Below are positions 1 through 9,065 of a stretch of 64,000 nt of DNA, piece by piece (the stretch's first letter is position 1; the number at the start of each line of letters is the position of its first letter). The stretch lies in sequence record KT184316.1, one strand, 5' to 3'. The notes beneath the pieces are model-generated. The model ran no database searches. It was not told the origin of the DNA and saw only the letters and a program-made list of their open reading frames with translations. The stretch is from Enterobacteria phage XTG1. The position numbers were made by a program, and so were the translations under genes.

Positions 1-1
1 T

Positions 2-463
2 TATGGAACTAAGACTACCAACTCTTTTGACTATGGAACAAAGACCACTAACACGACTGGTAACCACAACCATGTTGGCAGTGGGTCAACAAGTGCTGCT
101 GGTGCTCACAACCACAGATTGACCTATGAATCAGGTGGTGGTTTATCTGAAAGACCTGCAATGGTTTGGTCTTCAAGAAATGACCAATCATGGTACTCAG
201 CAGATGCTGTCTGTGAAGTCGCTGGTGCTCACAGCCACTCTTTCAGTGTTACCACTAACACAACTGGTAACCACAACCATACGGTTGGTATTGGTGCTCA
301 CAGCCACACAGTTGGTATTGGTTCACATACACACAATGGTACTGTAACAGTTTCTTCTTCTGAACATACGCATAGCGGGAACACTAATAGTGTTGGTGGT
401 GGACAAGCTTTCAACATTGAGCAGCCATCCTTTGTACTGTATGTATGGCAGAGAACAGCTTAA
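2..463 (+). CDS. Tail fibre protein, C-terminal fragment (5' end lies outside the window)
   Basis: Frame is open from the window start to the stop at 461-463; Gly/Ser/Thr-rich with repeated His-box motifs (GNHNH, GAHSHT, GSHTHN, EHTHS); C-terminus ...YVWQRTA parallels the next ORF (...MAWVRTA). Confidence 0.7.
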   Translation, partial: YGTKTTNSFDYGTKTTNTTGNHNHVGSGSTSAAGAHNHRLTYESGGGLSERPAMVWSSRNDQSWYSADAVCEVAGAHSHSFSVTTNTTGNHNHTVGIGAHSHTVGIGSHTHNGTVTVSSSEHTHSGNTNSVGGGQAFNIEQPSFVLYVWQRTA

Positions 464-468
464 TTTCT

Positions 469-495
469 TTACAGGGGCTTGATAGCCCCTTTTAA
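469..495 (+). terminator. Intrinsic terminator-like hairpin after the first tail-fibre gene
   Basis: aggggcttgatagcccct stem-loop followed by TTTT; also preceded by TTTACA, so it may double as a hairpin-embedded promoter. Confidence 0.5.
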
Positions 496-509
496 GAGGA
501 AAATTTATA

Positions 510-2894
510 ATGGCAGATTACAAGTTGAGTGAATTAAACTCAATCGATACAATCCGTTCAGATGACCTTCTTCATGTCAGAGTTAAAAAGAGACCTGAAA
601 TGCTTGGCGATGAAGACCGTCGAATGACCTATCAAGATTTCTTAGCATCTTTTAAACTTGAGAGATTTGTTCAGATTGCTGGTAGCACTATGACAGGTGA
701 CTTAGGGATTGTTAAGTTACTTTATGGTGGTAAGGTAGTATTTAACCCAACAGGCTCTTCTGAGATTAATATTGGGGATGTTTTAAAGACTTTTAAAATC
801 AACGCAAATGGCCTTAAACTGACTATTGCAGACACTTCAAGGTCGGCAACTGTTTATCATACTCTGAATAAGCCAAGCCCTAATGAACTTGGGATGAGAA
901 CTAATGAAGAGAATGATGCAAGGTATGCAAGACTAGCTATCACAAACACATTCTCTGGAACTCAAAATATTCAAGGTGATGCTAACTTACTTCGCCTTAG
1001 AAACCAAAATGCAAATAATGCACAATATATCGAAGGTGTAAACCTAGATGGCTCGGCTAGATGGTGGGTTGGTATTGGTAGTAATGGCTCTGACGAAGTA
1101 AAGCTGTACAATAACAAATACAACTCAGCCTTGACTGTTGCAAGTAATGTCTCTGTTAATAAGTCTTTAGCAATCACTGGTCAAGTTCAACCTTCTGACT
1201 TCTCTAACTTAGATGCTAGATACTTTACTCAGACAGTAGCTAATCAGAGATTTGCACAGTTAGCTGCGAATAACAATTTCACTGGCACTAACACGTTTAG
1301 CAGAAACCTACTTATTATCAGTGACAGTGCTGCTTTAAGGTTGAAAAATGCAACAACTAGCTCACTATTCATTCAGGGTGTTGACTCTCAGAACACTAAC
1401 AGGTGGTATGTAGGGAACGGGGATAACACAGCCTCTGTGCTGCTACACAACTATGTACACGGTTCAAATATCAGACTTGATGATGGCTATATCTCAGTCA
1501 ACCAGAACTTCAGAATCACTGGTCAAGTTCAACCTTCGGATTGGATTAATATTGACTCTAGATATATTCCGGCAGCAACTTTGAGTAACCTACCTAAGCT
1601 TAATGTTGCTAACACATTTGTGAATGTGCAAACTATTGTATCAAATAATGAAGGCGTAGTATTAAGAAACTTAACACAGGGGCAGCCACAATATATCCGT
1701 GGTGTTGATACCCAGAATGTATCTAGGTGGTGGGTAGGTGTGGGTGGCACAAATTCTACTGATGTGGCATTAAACAACAGCTACTCTGGGACTCAAATTA
1801 CTCTTATGCCTTCAGCGATTAAGGCTAATAAGAACCTAACCATTACTGGTCAAGTTCAACCTTCTGATTGGTCTAACTTAGATGCTAGATATTTTGTTAA
1901 AACTCAGTTATTAAACCAATCCTTAATGACTGTTTCTGTAGATAACCTTGAAAACCCTTCAGGTTTTAATCTTGGATATTCAGGTTTTGTCAGAAACAAT
2001 CAGGTTGCTAGTGGACTGAGAGAATTGGCAATTCATGTTGCTCACTCTAATAAGACTGCTGCACATGCAAGAGGAATCTCTTTTGTGTATGGCTCAAATG
2101 GACTGGCAACATTTACCTATGCCTATGACAAAAATGGTGACTATGCCGGAGAGGCACAGCTTTACACAACTGATTTTAAACCAACCCCTTCAGATATCGG
2201 TGCATACACTAAAGCTGAAACTGACCAGAAGATTGCACAGGCAGTAAGTGACTCTACAGACCTTAATAAAATCTACCCAGTTGGTATTGTAACGTGGTTT
2301 AACAGTAATGTTGACCCTAACACAGCGTTGCCTGGGTTAACTTGGACGTACCTGAATAATGGTGTTGGTAGAACTATCAGGATTGCAGCAGCAAACGGTT
2401 CAGATGTTGCTACAACAGGTGGTTCAGATTCTGTGACGTTAGCTGTTGGTAACTTGCCATCACACACTCATAGTTTCTCTGCTACCACTTCATCTTTTGA
2501 TTATGGTACGAAGAACACTAATAGTACTGGTGGTCATACTCACTCTGTAAGTGGTACAACAAGTGCTGCTGGTAACCACGCCCACCACTTAGGTCTGCTA
2601 TTGGTTAATGGTGGTGATGCTCAGTATGGTTACACAACTGTTAGCAACAGCAAGACAAGAACTCTTGACTGGCTTGATAGAAAAGATAACAAATTCCCTA
2701 ACACTAACACAACTGGTAACCATACACACACATGGTCTGGTACTACAAGTAACACTGGTGCTCACACCCACTCTGTAGGTATCGGTGCTCACACTCATAC
2801 AGTTAGTGGTAACACTGGTGGTACAGGTTCTGGTTCAGCATTCAGTGTTACTAACCAGTTCTACAAGTTAATGGCTTGGGTAAGAACTGCTTAA
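510..2894 (+). CDS. Tail fibre protein with internal repeats and His-box C-terminal domain
   Basis: 794 aa; strong SD aagagga before ATG; three copies of ITGQVQPSD(F/W)xN(L/I)D(A/S)RY; C-terminal HTHS/NHAHH/AHTHS/AHTHT motifs paralogous to the upstream fragment. Confidence 0.8.
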   Translation: MADYKLSELNSIDTIRSDDLLHVRVKKRPEMLGDEDRRMTYQDFLASFKLERFVQIAGSTMTGDLGIVKLLYGGKVVFNPTGSSEINIGDVLKTFKINANGLKLTIADTSRSATVYHTLNKPSPNELGMRTNEENDARYARLAITNTFSGTQNIQGDANLLRLRNQNANNAQYIEGVNLDGSARWWVGIGSNGSDEVKLYNNKYNSALTVASNVSVNKSLAITGQVQPSDFSNLDARYFTQTVANQRFAQLAANNNFTGTNTFSRNLLIISDSAALRLKNATTSSLFIQGVDSQNTNRWYVGNGDNTASVLLHNYVHGSNIRLDDGYISVNQNFRITGQVQPSDWINIDSRYIPAATLSNLPKLNVANTFVNVQTIVSNNEGVVLRNLTQGQPQYIRGVDTQNVSRWWVGVGGTNSTDVALNNSYSGTQITLMPSAIKANKNLTITGQVQPSDWSNLDARYFVKTQLLNQSLMTVSVDNLENPSGFNLGYSGFVRNNQVASGLRELAIHVAHSNKTAAHARGISFVYGSNGLATFTYAYDKNGDYAGEAQLYTTDFKPTPSDIGAYTKAETDQKIAQAVSDSTDLNKIYPVGIVTWFNSNVDPNTALPGLTWTYLNNGVGRTIRIAAANGSDVATTGGSDSVTLAVGNLPSHTHSFSATTSSFDYGTKNTNSTGGHTHSVSGTTSAAGNHAHHLGLLLVNGGDAQYGYTTVSNSKTRTLDWLDRKDNKFPNTNTTGNHTHTWSGTTSNTGAHTHSVGIGAHTHTVSGNTGGTGSGSAFSVTNQFYKLMAWVRTA

Positions 2895-2901
2895 TCCCTT
2901 G

Positions 2902-2955
2902 TTGACTGATTGTTAAGATGGTGTTAATATTCTTTATGGGTATTCTCACCATCTT
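2902..2955 (+). promoter_or_regulatory. Sigma70-like promoter (TTGACT-17-TAATAT) overlapped by a 9-bp inverted repeat
   Basis: TTGACT 2902-2907, TAATAT 2925-2930; inverted repeat aagatggtg (2915-2923) / caccatctt (2947-2955). Confidence 0.45.
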
Positions 2956-2973
2956 GGCTGATGAGGTGATTAA

Positions 2974-3171
2974 ATGCCTACAATCCTAGCAATTCTTCTA
3001 AAAAATCTAGGTAGCTTCTTCTGGAAACTCATTTTATCCCTTCTAAGTGAATACATGATTGAGAAAGTGTTCTTTAGGCTTGCAAGATACCTTGCGAGTA
3101 AAACAGACACACCTATTGATGATGAGTTCGTAGATAACTTAGAAAAAGCTTTTAAGGGGGAGAATAAATGA
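2974..3171 (+). CDS. Hypothetical small protein downstream of tail fibre
   Basis: 65-aa ORF with hydrophobic N-terminus, 4-nt overlap with next ORF. Confidence 0.35.
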   Translation: MPTILAILLKNLGSFFWKLILSLLSEYMIEKVFFRLARYLASKTDTPIDDEFVDNLEKAFKGENK

Positions 3172-3539
3172 AGTGGCTAGAGGAAGCTTTTAAAAATAAT
3201 ATTGGTGCAATTGTAGTTGGTATTTTTAGTGTTATTGGGATGTATACCACCATGCAAGTCTCGGATGGTAAGCAAGAAGTGTCTGTCACAACAAAGTTAC
3301 AGCAGTTAGATAATTATTCCAAAAGTAACTATTCAGCTATTCGTGATTTACAGTCTGACATGAGACTGATTCAGCTAGGGATGGAGAACCAGAAAGTTCA
3401 GTTAGAGAATGTTAAGGGTGAAAACGCAAAACTTACCAAAACTCTTGATAAATTCTCTGACAGTGTGAACAATCTGGCTCAATCAGTATCAGCCCTCCAA
3501 GCTATTACTGAAAAGAACACAAAGAATACTGAAAGATAA
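3168..3539 (+). CDS. Hypothetical membrane-anchored coiled-coil protein
   Basis: 123 aa; N-terminal TM helix (GAIVVGIFSVIGMY) then heptad-rich segment; possibly a fibre assembly or lysis accessory protein. Confidence 0.45.
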   Translation: MKWLEEAFKNNIGAIVVGIFSVIGMYTTMQVSDGKQEVSVTTKLQQLDNYSKSNYSAIRDLQSDMRLIQLGMENQKVQLENVKGENAKLTKTLDKFSDSVNNLAQSVSALQAITEKNTKNTER

Positions 3540-3545
3540 AATTTA

Positions 3546-3572
3546 AGGCTCCTTTTTACGGGAGCCTTTTTT
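3546..3572. terminator. Bidirectional intrinsic terminator between convergent genes
   Basis: aggctcc-tttttacg-ggagcct hairpin followed by T6; sits between plus-strand ORF end 3539 and minus-strand gene end 3576. Confidence 0.6.
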
Positions 3573-3575
3573 GTT

Positions 3576-4475
3576 TTACTTGCCTACTGACAGAGGTGCT
3601 TCAATCTTCCCTGCATGTTGGTAGTTGTTAATTCCACCAATAAAGTCACTTGCAGTAAGATGTTTTAAGTCACTTAAAGTGTTAAGCTGTACACCAATCT
3701 CAAAAGTAGGTGCATGGAACTCTTCATTGTTCATCAGTTCATAAACCTGCTTCATATGGTTCTGATAAATCTGAGTATCTCCAAAGACACCTATCAAGTA
3801 CCGTGGAGTGTATCCAGTCATCTTGCAAAGAACTTCTAAGATGAAGCCATAAGACGCAATGTTAAACGGAAGTCCTAAAAAGGTGTCTACAGAACGCTGA
3901 TACCATTGCAAATCCACTTCACCTTCATTAGTGATATAAATCTGAAACAGAACATGACAAGGTGCTAAAGCCATTGAGTTTGCTGCAATATCTGCTGCAT
4001 TCCAAGCATTAACAAGCATGTAACGGTCTGTGATATCACCCTTCATCTTCGTTACTAAGGTCTCTAACTGGTCTACAACACAACCATTATGACCTTCGAA
4101 GTTTCTCCACTGGACCCCATAGATTCTCCCACCTGCATCTTCTAACCAATCTTGTTCAGAAGAATAATTAGAACTTAACCATCGTTTAAAATCATCTGAC
4201 CAGATAGTCCAGCGTTTCCCATCATTTTCACCCCAAGTACGGTAACGAAGTTCACCAAGTTTATTCTCACCATTCAGGAACCATAAAGCTTCCCCAATGA
4301 CTTGCCGTGTAAACACCTGTTTAGATGTTAAGAGCGGGAAACCAGTTCGCATATCAAAACGAAACTGAGGTGGAGCAAATGCAGAGATAACATCTCCAGT
4401 TCGTGTAGTACGCAGTTCACCAACGGATAAAACATGGTTCAGGATATTTTTGTAACTTGAATCTGCTTGTGACAT
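3576..4475 (-). CDS. thyA: Thymidylate synthase
   Basis: 299 aa; thymidylate synthase family signatures in translation (…RQVIGEALWFLNGE…, …ALAPCHVLFQ…). Confidence 0.93.
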   Translation of the reverse strand: MSQADSSYKNILNHVLSVGELRTTRTGDVISAFAPPQFRFDMRTGFPLLTSKQVFTRQVIGEALWFLNGENKLGELRYRTWGENDGKRWTIWSDDFKRWLSSNYSSEQDWLEDAGGRIYGVQWRNFEGHNGCVVDQLETLVTKMKGDITDRYMLVNAWNAADIAANSMALAPCHVLFQIYITNEGEVDLQWYQRSVDTFLGLPFNIASYGFILEVLCKMTGYTPRYLIGVFGDTQIYQNHMKQVYELMNNEEFHAPTFEIGVQLNTLSDLKHLTASDFIGGINNYQHAGKIEAPLSVGK

Positions 4476-4476
4476 A

Positions 4477-5022
4477 TCAAAAGTGTCCTTTTACTTGTGG
4501 AACATAAATTTCAAAAGTTGCTTTACTATCCTCTGATGGTTTTGACTGTACCTTTGTAAATACACGGTTATCATACAGCTTCTCAAAGAAGTTTTCAAAA
4601 GGTAAATGCACAGTGGCCTCTTCAGTAACTTTATGGAAGACTGTATGGAACACCACACCAGCATACGGTAAAGCATTGACAAGGACACCTGCACCACCAA
4701 TTACAAAGACATCTTCATCAATAGAGCTATCAAGATACTTCAAAAATGCTCCAAATGACTCTTTACTGGCTTTAGCATACATTACATCATCTTTGCCAAA
4801 GTCTATACCTAAGTGTGGTACAGAGTTTGTTAAGATGAGGTTTGCACGTTCTGGTAAAGGCTTACTCCCCAGAGTCTTGAAAGTCTCATTACCCATCACT
4901 ACTAAGTTGTTTTTAGTGAGTCTCTTAAACTCTTGCATATCTTGCTTATGTCGAGGCCACGGCATACCAGTCGGTGTACCAAATTCACCGTTTTCACCAC
5001 TTGCAAATATTAGTTTAATCAT
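4477..5022 (-). CDS. folA: Dihydrofolate reductase
   Basis: 181 aa; N-terminal MIKLIFA…GMPW and central VVMGNETFK…ERANLILT motifs typical of DHFR; adjacent to thymidylate synthase as in T-even phages (frd-td). Confidence 0.88.
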   Translation of the reverse strand: MIKLIFASGENGEFGTPTGMPWPRHKQDMQEFKRLTKNNLVVMGNETFKTLGSKPLPERANLILTNSVPHLGIDFGKDDVMYAKASKESFGAFLKYLDSSIDEDVFVIGGAGVLVNALPYAGVVFHTVFHKVTEEATVHLPFENFFEKLYDNRVFTKVQSKPSEDSKATFEIYVPQVKGHF

Positions 5023-5279
5023 TTTGTAAACCCTTTCTTAATGAACCAGTTGATGACACTCTTCACAACTTTACTACGATGGTAGATAAAATGTGGAGAT
5101 GGTTGGTATGAACCATAAGCCCAGAAAGCGATAATTTCATTACACCCTGTGCATCGGGTACTTTCTTCAGCAATATGACCGTTGACTATTTCACTTACCT
5201 CACCTTGTAAGTCTGTACACCCACAATGTGGACAACGGATAGGTGTTCCATCAGACTCATAGCAGTGTTCAATTTTCAT
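5019..5279 (-). CDS. Zinc-ribbon protein
   Basis: 86 aa; CPHCGC…CTGCNE Cys4 pattern; 4-nt overlap with folA start. Confidence 0.45.
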   Translation of the reverse strand: MKIEHCYESDGTPIRCPHCGCTDLQGEVSEIVNGHIAEESTRCTGCNEIIAFWAYGSYQPSPHFIYHRSKVVKSVINWFIKKGFTK

Positions 5280-5795
5280 CTATTTAACCTCAAAAACTGG
5301 CTCAAGAACCAATATAAAGTCTACACAGTCATCTTCTTCATCCAGAATACCATCAAAGTTCTTAGGAACGAAGTCGAAGAGGCTCATAACAAAACAGTCA
5401 GAAGTGACCTTGATAGTTCCTCCCATGTTCTCTACAGTCAACACTGTACGACTTTCTTTTACCTCCCTCAGAAGATTACCCACAAAGTCATCTAAGAAGT
5501 ACTTCATCAATGACTTAAAACCTTTAGGATAATCTGTACCAGAGTATGTTTCAATCTGAGGTACAAGCTTAACATTTATATTGGTCTTTGTTAAGAATGC
5601 ACTAGAGAACATACTATCAGGTAGCTTACAAACAGTCTTTCCAGTACCTTCATGTTCAATCTCAACAAAACCAGCTTCATCGCCACATGTAACTATTTTA
5701 AAAGATGCTTCATTCTCATACTGTGAAGCCATAAACTTTTTAAGCATCGTTTTAAGGAAATCTGCATGGGCATCTTGTAAGAATATATCAATCAT
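5280..5795 (-). CDS. Hypothetical protein
   Basis: 171-aa ORF in tightly packed minus-strand operon. Confidence 0.45.
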   Translation of the reverse strand: MIDIFLQDAHADFLKTMLKKFMASQYENEASFKIVTCGDEAGFVEIEHEGTGKTVCKLPDSMFSSAFLTKTNINVKLVPQIETYSGTDYPKGFKSLMKYFLDDFVGNLLREVKESRTVLTVENMGGTIKVTSDCFVMSLFDFVPKNFDGILDEEDDCVDFILVLEPVFEVK

Positions 5796-5808
5796 AGTTA
5801 ATCACCTA

Positions 5809-6168
5809 TTATGGGAACAGACACTTTATGTCATCGTTTTTAAAAACAAAACTTGTGTAGTTGTGACCGTCAACATCCAGCCAAACAGCCTGAACATCTA
5901 CACCATCAAGATTGTGGTAAAGCTCTTTGATGAAGTGGTCTTTCACAATCTGGCTGCTAGTTGTTTCCAGCTTAATGTTAGATATTGCTGAACCTACAGC
6001 CATATAACCCATGACACGTTTCTTCTCAGTATGCTTAATCTTACCATCTTTGTAAGCCATAATGAGATTGGAAAGAATCTTCACACCATAATACTTTTCA
6101 AGGTGAGTAGGTACGCCATAAAAGCCTAATGCGAAGTTTTCAGAGTGGATAATGTTTTCACGTTTCAT
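5809..6168 (-). CDS. Hypothetical protein
   Basis: 119-aa ORF in tightly packed minus-strand operon. Confidence 0.45.
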   Translation of the reverse strand: MKRENIIHSENFALGFYGVPTHLEKYYGVKILSNLIMAYKDGKIKHTEKKRVMGYMAVGSAISNIKLETTSSQIVKDHFIKELYHNLDGVDVQAVWLDVDGHNYTSFVFKNDDIKCLFP

Positions 6169-6169
6169 A

Positions 6170-6469
6170 TTAATCTGCCAACCTTAAATTGAAATTAACA
6201 CCAAATTTTTCACATACTTCCAACATATACTCAAGGGAGACGTTACCAGTGAGATGGATTATGTTGGACACACGAGCCTGAGAGATACCACAAATTTTAG
6301 CAACTTGCTCTTGAGAAAGACCTCTGGATTTAATCTCTCTCTTAAAACGATGTGCAACGAAGTCTCTCATTTCGTCTACATCCATTGGACAAATATAACT
6401 CTCCATTTCAGCCTCTCTATCAGCCTCCCAATCATCTTGTGGAGCATAAGGGTCAAAAACCTCATTCAT
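6170..6469 (-). CDS. Helix-turn-helix (XRE-like) DNA-binding protein
   Basis: C-terminal LSQEQVAKICGISQARVSNI HTH; start moved to ATG at 6469 (SD ggaagaag) because the track start at 6499 is TTG. Confidence 0.5.
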   Translation of the reverse strand: MNEVFDPYAPQDDWEADREAEMESYICPMDVDEMRDFVAHRFKREIKSRGLSQEQVAKICGISQARVSNIIHLTGNVSLEYMLEVCEKFGVNFNLRLAD

Positions 6470-6674
6470 CTTTCTTCTTCCGTTTGCGTGAAGTATCAAT
6501 TAATGAGTCTATGTTTGTAGCTCTGACCTTTTCACGTTCATCATTAAGATAATCGTCAAGAGCCTTTTCAATCTGTGAATCATCCTGACAGATGACTGTA
6601 AAGACTGTAAAGCCGTCTGTATCGTCAATTATCTTACCATAACCGCTTCTGGGATGTAACTTTTTAAGAGCCAT
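6462..6674 (-). CDS. Hypothetical protein
   Basis: 70-aa ORF, acidic with basic C-terminus. Confidence 0.35.
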   Translation of the reverse strand: MALKKLHPRSGYGKIIDDTDGFTVFTVICQDDSQIEKALDDYLNDEREKVRATNIDSLIDTSRKRKKKDE

Positions 6675-6675
6675 A

Positions 6676-7059
6676 TCAAATACCTGTGCAGCTTCTGTTT
6701 TCTAAGAAATACTCAACACCATACATAGCTTTTTGCATCAAATCTTCTTTAAACTGGATACGATGATTGAGCATAGCCTGTACATCAATATCATCAGGGT
6801 GCTTCTCTTTAATATTTGCAGATTGCAGGAAATACTCTGCAAGAACACGATACTGATAGTCAGTTACCTTATCAGTCATCTCTGTTAAAGACTCTTCAGA
6901 GATTGGTTTCAGTAGCTCACCATTAGCTAGAGCAACACCTTTTACAATCTGACAAGTATCCTCTGGGACACCTGATAAGTTCACATTTGGCAGTTCTGTT
7001 GCATTGACTGGTAAATTCATTGCCATAATCATTGCAGCAGCCAATAAAATCTTTTTCAT
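6676..7059 (-). CDS. Secreted/periplasmic protein
   Basis: 127 aa; N-terminal signal peptide MKKILLAAAMIMAMNLPVNA. Confidence 0.5.
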   Translation of the reverse strand: MKKILLAAAMIMAMNLPVNATELPNVNLSGVPEDTCQIVKGVALANGELLKPISEESLTEMTDKVTDYQYRVLAEYFLQSANIKEKHPDDIDVQAMLNHRIQFKEDLMQKAMYGVEYFLENRSCTGI

Positions 7060-7170
7060 AATGACCTCAAAGTTATATTAAATTTTGTATTACGTTGAGT
7101 ATAAAAATAAGCTATAACACCTGACTTGTCAACAGATTTTATAGCTTATTTGGCAGATTTTTTATAAGGC

Positions 7171-7430
7171 TACTGCCATCCTTCCATACCTTACCTTACC
7201 ACACCTAACCATACCTAACCAAACTACACCATACAATACCTTGTTAAAAGACCCTTTTAAAGACCTTTTAAAAAGGTAAGTCTCATTTTAATGTAGCTGA
7301 GACTAACTACCCGCACTGAACCCGACCTTACCGAACCCTACCTCACAACACACCACCATACCGGACAAAACAGCACCTTATTAAAAGACCCTGTTTAAAG
7401 ACCTTTTAAAAAGGAGCCTCCGAAGAGGCT
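7171..7430. repeat. Intergenic repeat A: G-depleted tract of ACCTTACC/ACCTAACC-type octamers, palindrome ACCTTTTAAAAAGGT, conserved hairpin and minus-strand terminators
   Basis: Plus strand almost free of G over 7171-7245; perfect 15-bp palindrome 7264-7278; hairpin agtctca…tgagact 7280-7305; hairpin gagcctc/gaggctc 7412-7428 with T-tract on the minus strand; ~70-bp block near-identical to repeat B. Confidence 0.7.
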
Positions 7431-7441
7431 ACCTAGTCAAC

Positions 7442-7882
7442 TTAGAAAGGTTTTCTACGTTGCTTGTTAATGTTAGCTTTCATAGCAGCTAAATGGTTTT
7501 GCTGTTCAATCAGTCGTGAGCGTTCTTGATGGCTAAGTGCCATAGTGTTCACATTCTCAATCGCTTGAGTGGCTTGCTTTAAAGCTCGACCAATCTTGCC
7601 AGACATTTTACGTTTTGCAATAGTTGCTTGATGCTTAGGTTCAACCACACGATAACCAACACCCATTGAAGCAACCAGATAAATCTTCTCTTCTTTAAGA
7701 AGCTTCTCAATAAACTTCTCAAGTCGGTTTAGACGTGTAAGCGCATAAGCCTTCATTTCATCTTCGTACTTAACAATGTCACCTTGATAAGTTGGCTTCA
7801 CAATACCTAAGAAGGTGTCCATCTCAGAATGTGATACAGTGTCACCGTAACTGAACTTTGCTGCTAATGCTTTTGTATTCAT
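7442..7882 (-). CDS. Hypothetical protein
   Basis: 146-aa ORF; one of two genes bracketed by repeats A and B. Confidence 0.45.
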   Translation of the reverse strand: MNTKALAAKFSYGDTVSHSEMDTFLGIVKPTYQGDIVKYEDEMKAYALTRLNRLEKFIEKLLKEEKIYLVASMGVGYRVVEPKHQATIAKRKMSGKIGRALKQATQAIENVNTMALSHQERSRLIEQQNHLAAMKANINKQRRKPF

Positions 7883-7884
7883 AA

Positions 7885-8490
<606 letters not shown>

Positions 8491-8565
8491 TTAGTTGATT
8501 GTTAAGTTGTTTGTAAAGAACCCTCAATAGAAGACTCTTTAGAAACTTGGTAGATTTTTAATGTG

Positions 8566-8830
8566 GCTACTACCATCCACCCATACCTTACCGAACCTTA
8601 CCCTACCCTACCAAAACGCACCTAACCTAACCGGACACTACCTTATTAAAAGACCCTGTTTAAAGGCCTTTTAAAAAGGTAAGTCTCATTTTAATGTAGC
8701 TGAGACTAACTACCCATACTTTACCTGACCGAACTAGACCCTACCTCACCAGACATAACCGCGCCAAACCTTACCGCGCCATACATCACTTAAAAACCCT
8801 CTTAAAAGACTCTTAAGTGATGCTGGTGAG
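8566..8830. repeat. Intergenic repeat B (paralogue of repeat A)
   Basis: Same octamer tract; shared block ccttattaaaagaccctgtttaaag(g/a)ccttttaaaaaggtaagtctcattttaatgtagctgagactaactaccc; palindrome CCTTTTAAAAAGG 8667-8679; further inverted repeats catcacttaa…ttaagtgatg and ggtgagta…tactcacc. Confidence 0.7.
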
Positions 8831-8876
8831 TACCCGTTGGTTTATGCTGCTCAGTATACTCACCAAATTTTCTATG

Positions 8877-9065
8877 TCAACAACTTTCTAATAAAGTTTT
8901 ATGAAGATTTTGCTTAACAACCCGCCTCACATGCCTATGCTCTTTCTTAATAAAGAGTGACCTCTTCTTGATAGAGCGCCTATTCTTGTAAGTATTACTA
9001 GGATACTTATCATGAACCGGACAACAACTCCCCGGATTTGTAAACTTGATAATCTCTCTTTTCAC
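8877..9065 (-). CDS. Hypothetical small basic protein
   Basis: 62-aa ORF, Lys/Arg-rich. Confidence 0.3.
   Translation of the reverse strand: MKREIIKFTNPGSCCPVHDKYPSNTYKNRRSIKKRSLFIKKEHRHVRRVVKQNLHKTLLESC

Noticed and set aside
126-347. 73-aa alternative-frame ORF inside the tail-fibre fragment
   Set aside because: Fully overlaps the in-frame tail-fibre coding sequence and has low-complexity composition; likely a shadow ORF.
971-2798. Several antisense ORFs (971-1177, 1529-1777, 2273-2467, 2598-2798) inside the tail-fibre gene
   Set aside because: All lie on the opposite strand within a well-supported 794-aa gene and have no start context; typical antisense shadows.
7171-7245. Telomere-like repeat (CCTAACC / GGTTAGG) as a genome end
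   Set aside because: The units are heterogeneous, the tract is internal and duplicated at 8566-8640; resemblance to TTAGGG repeats is probably coincidental, though G-rich minus-strand structure remains testable.
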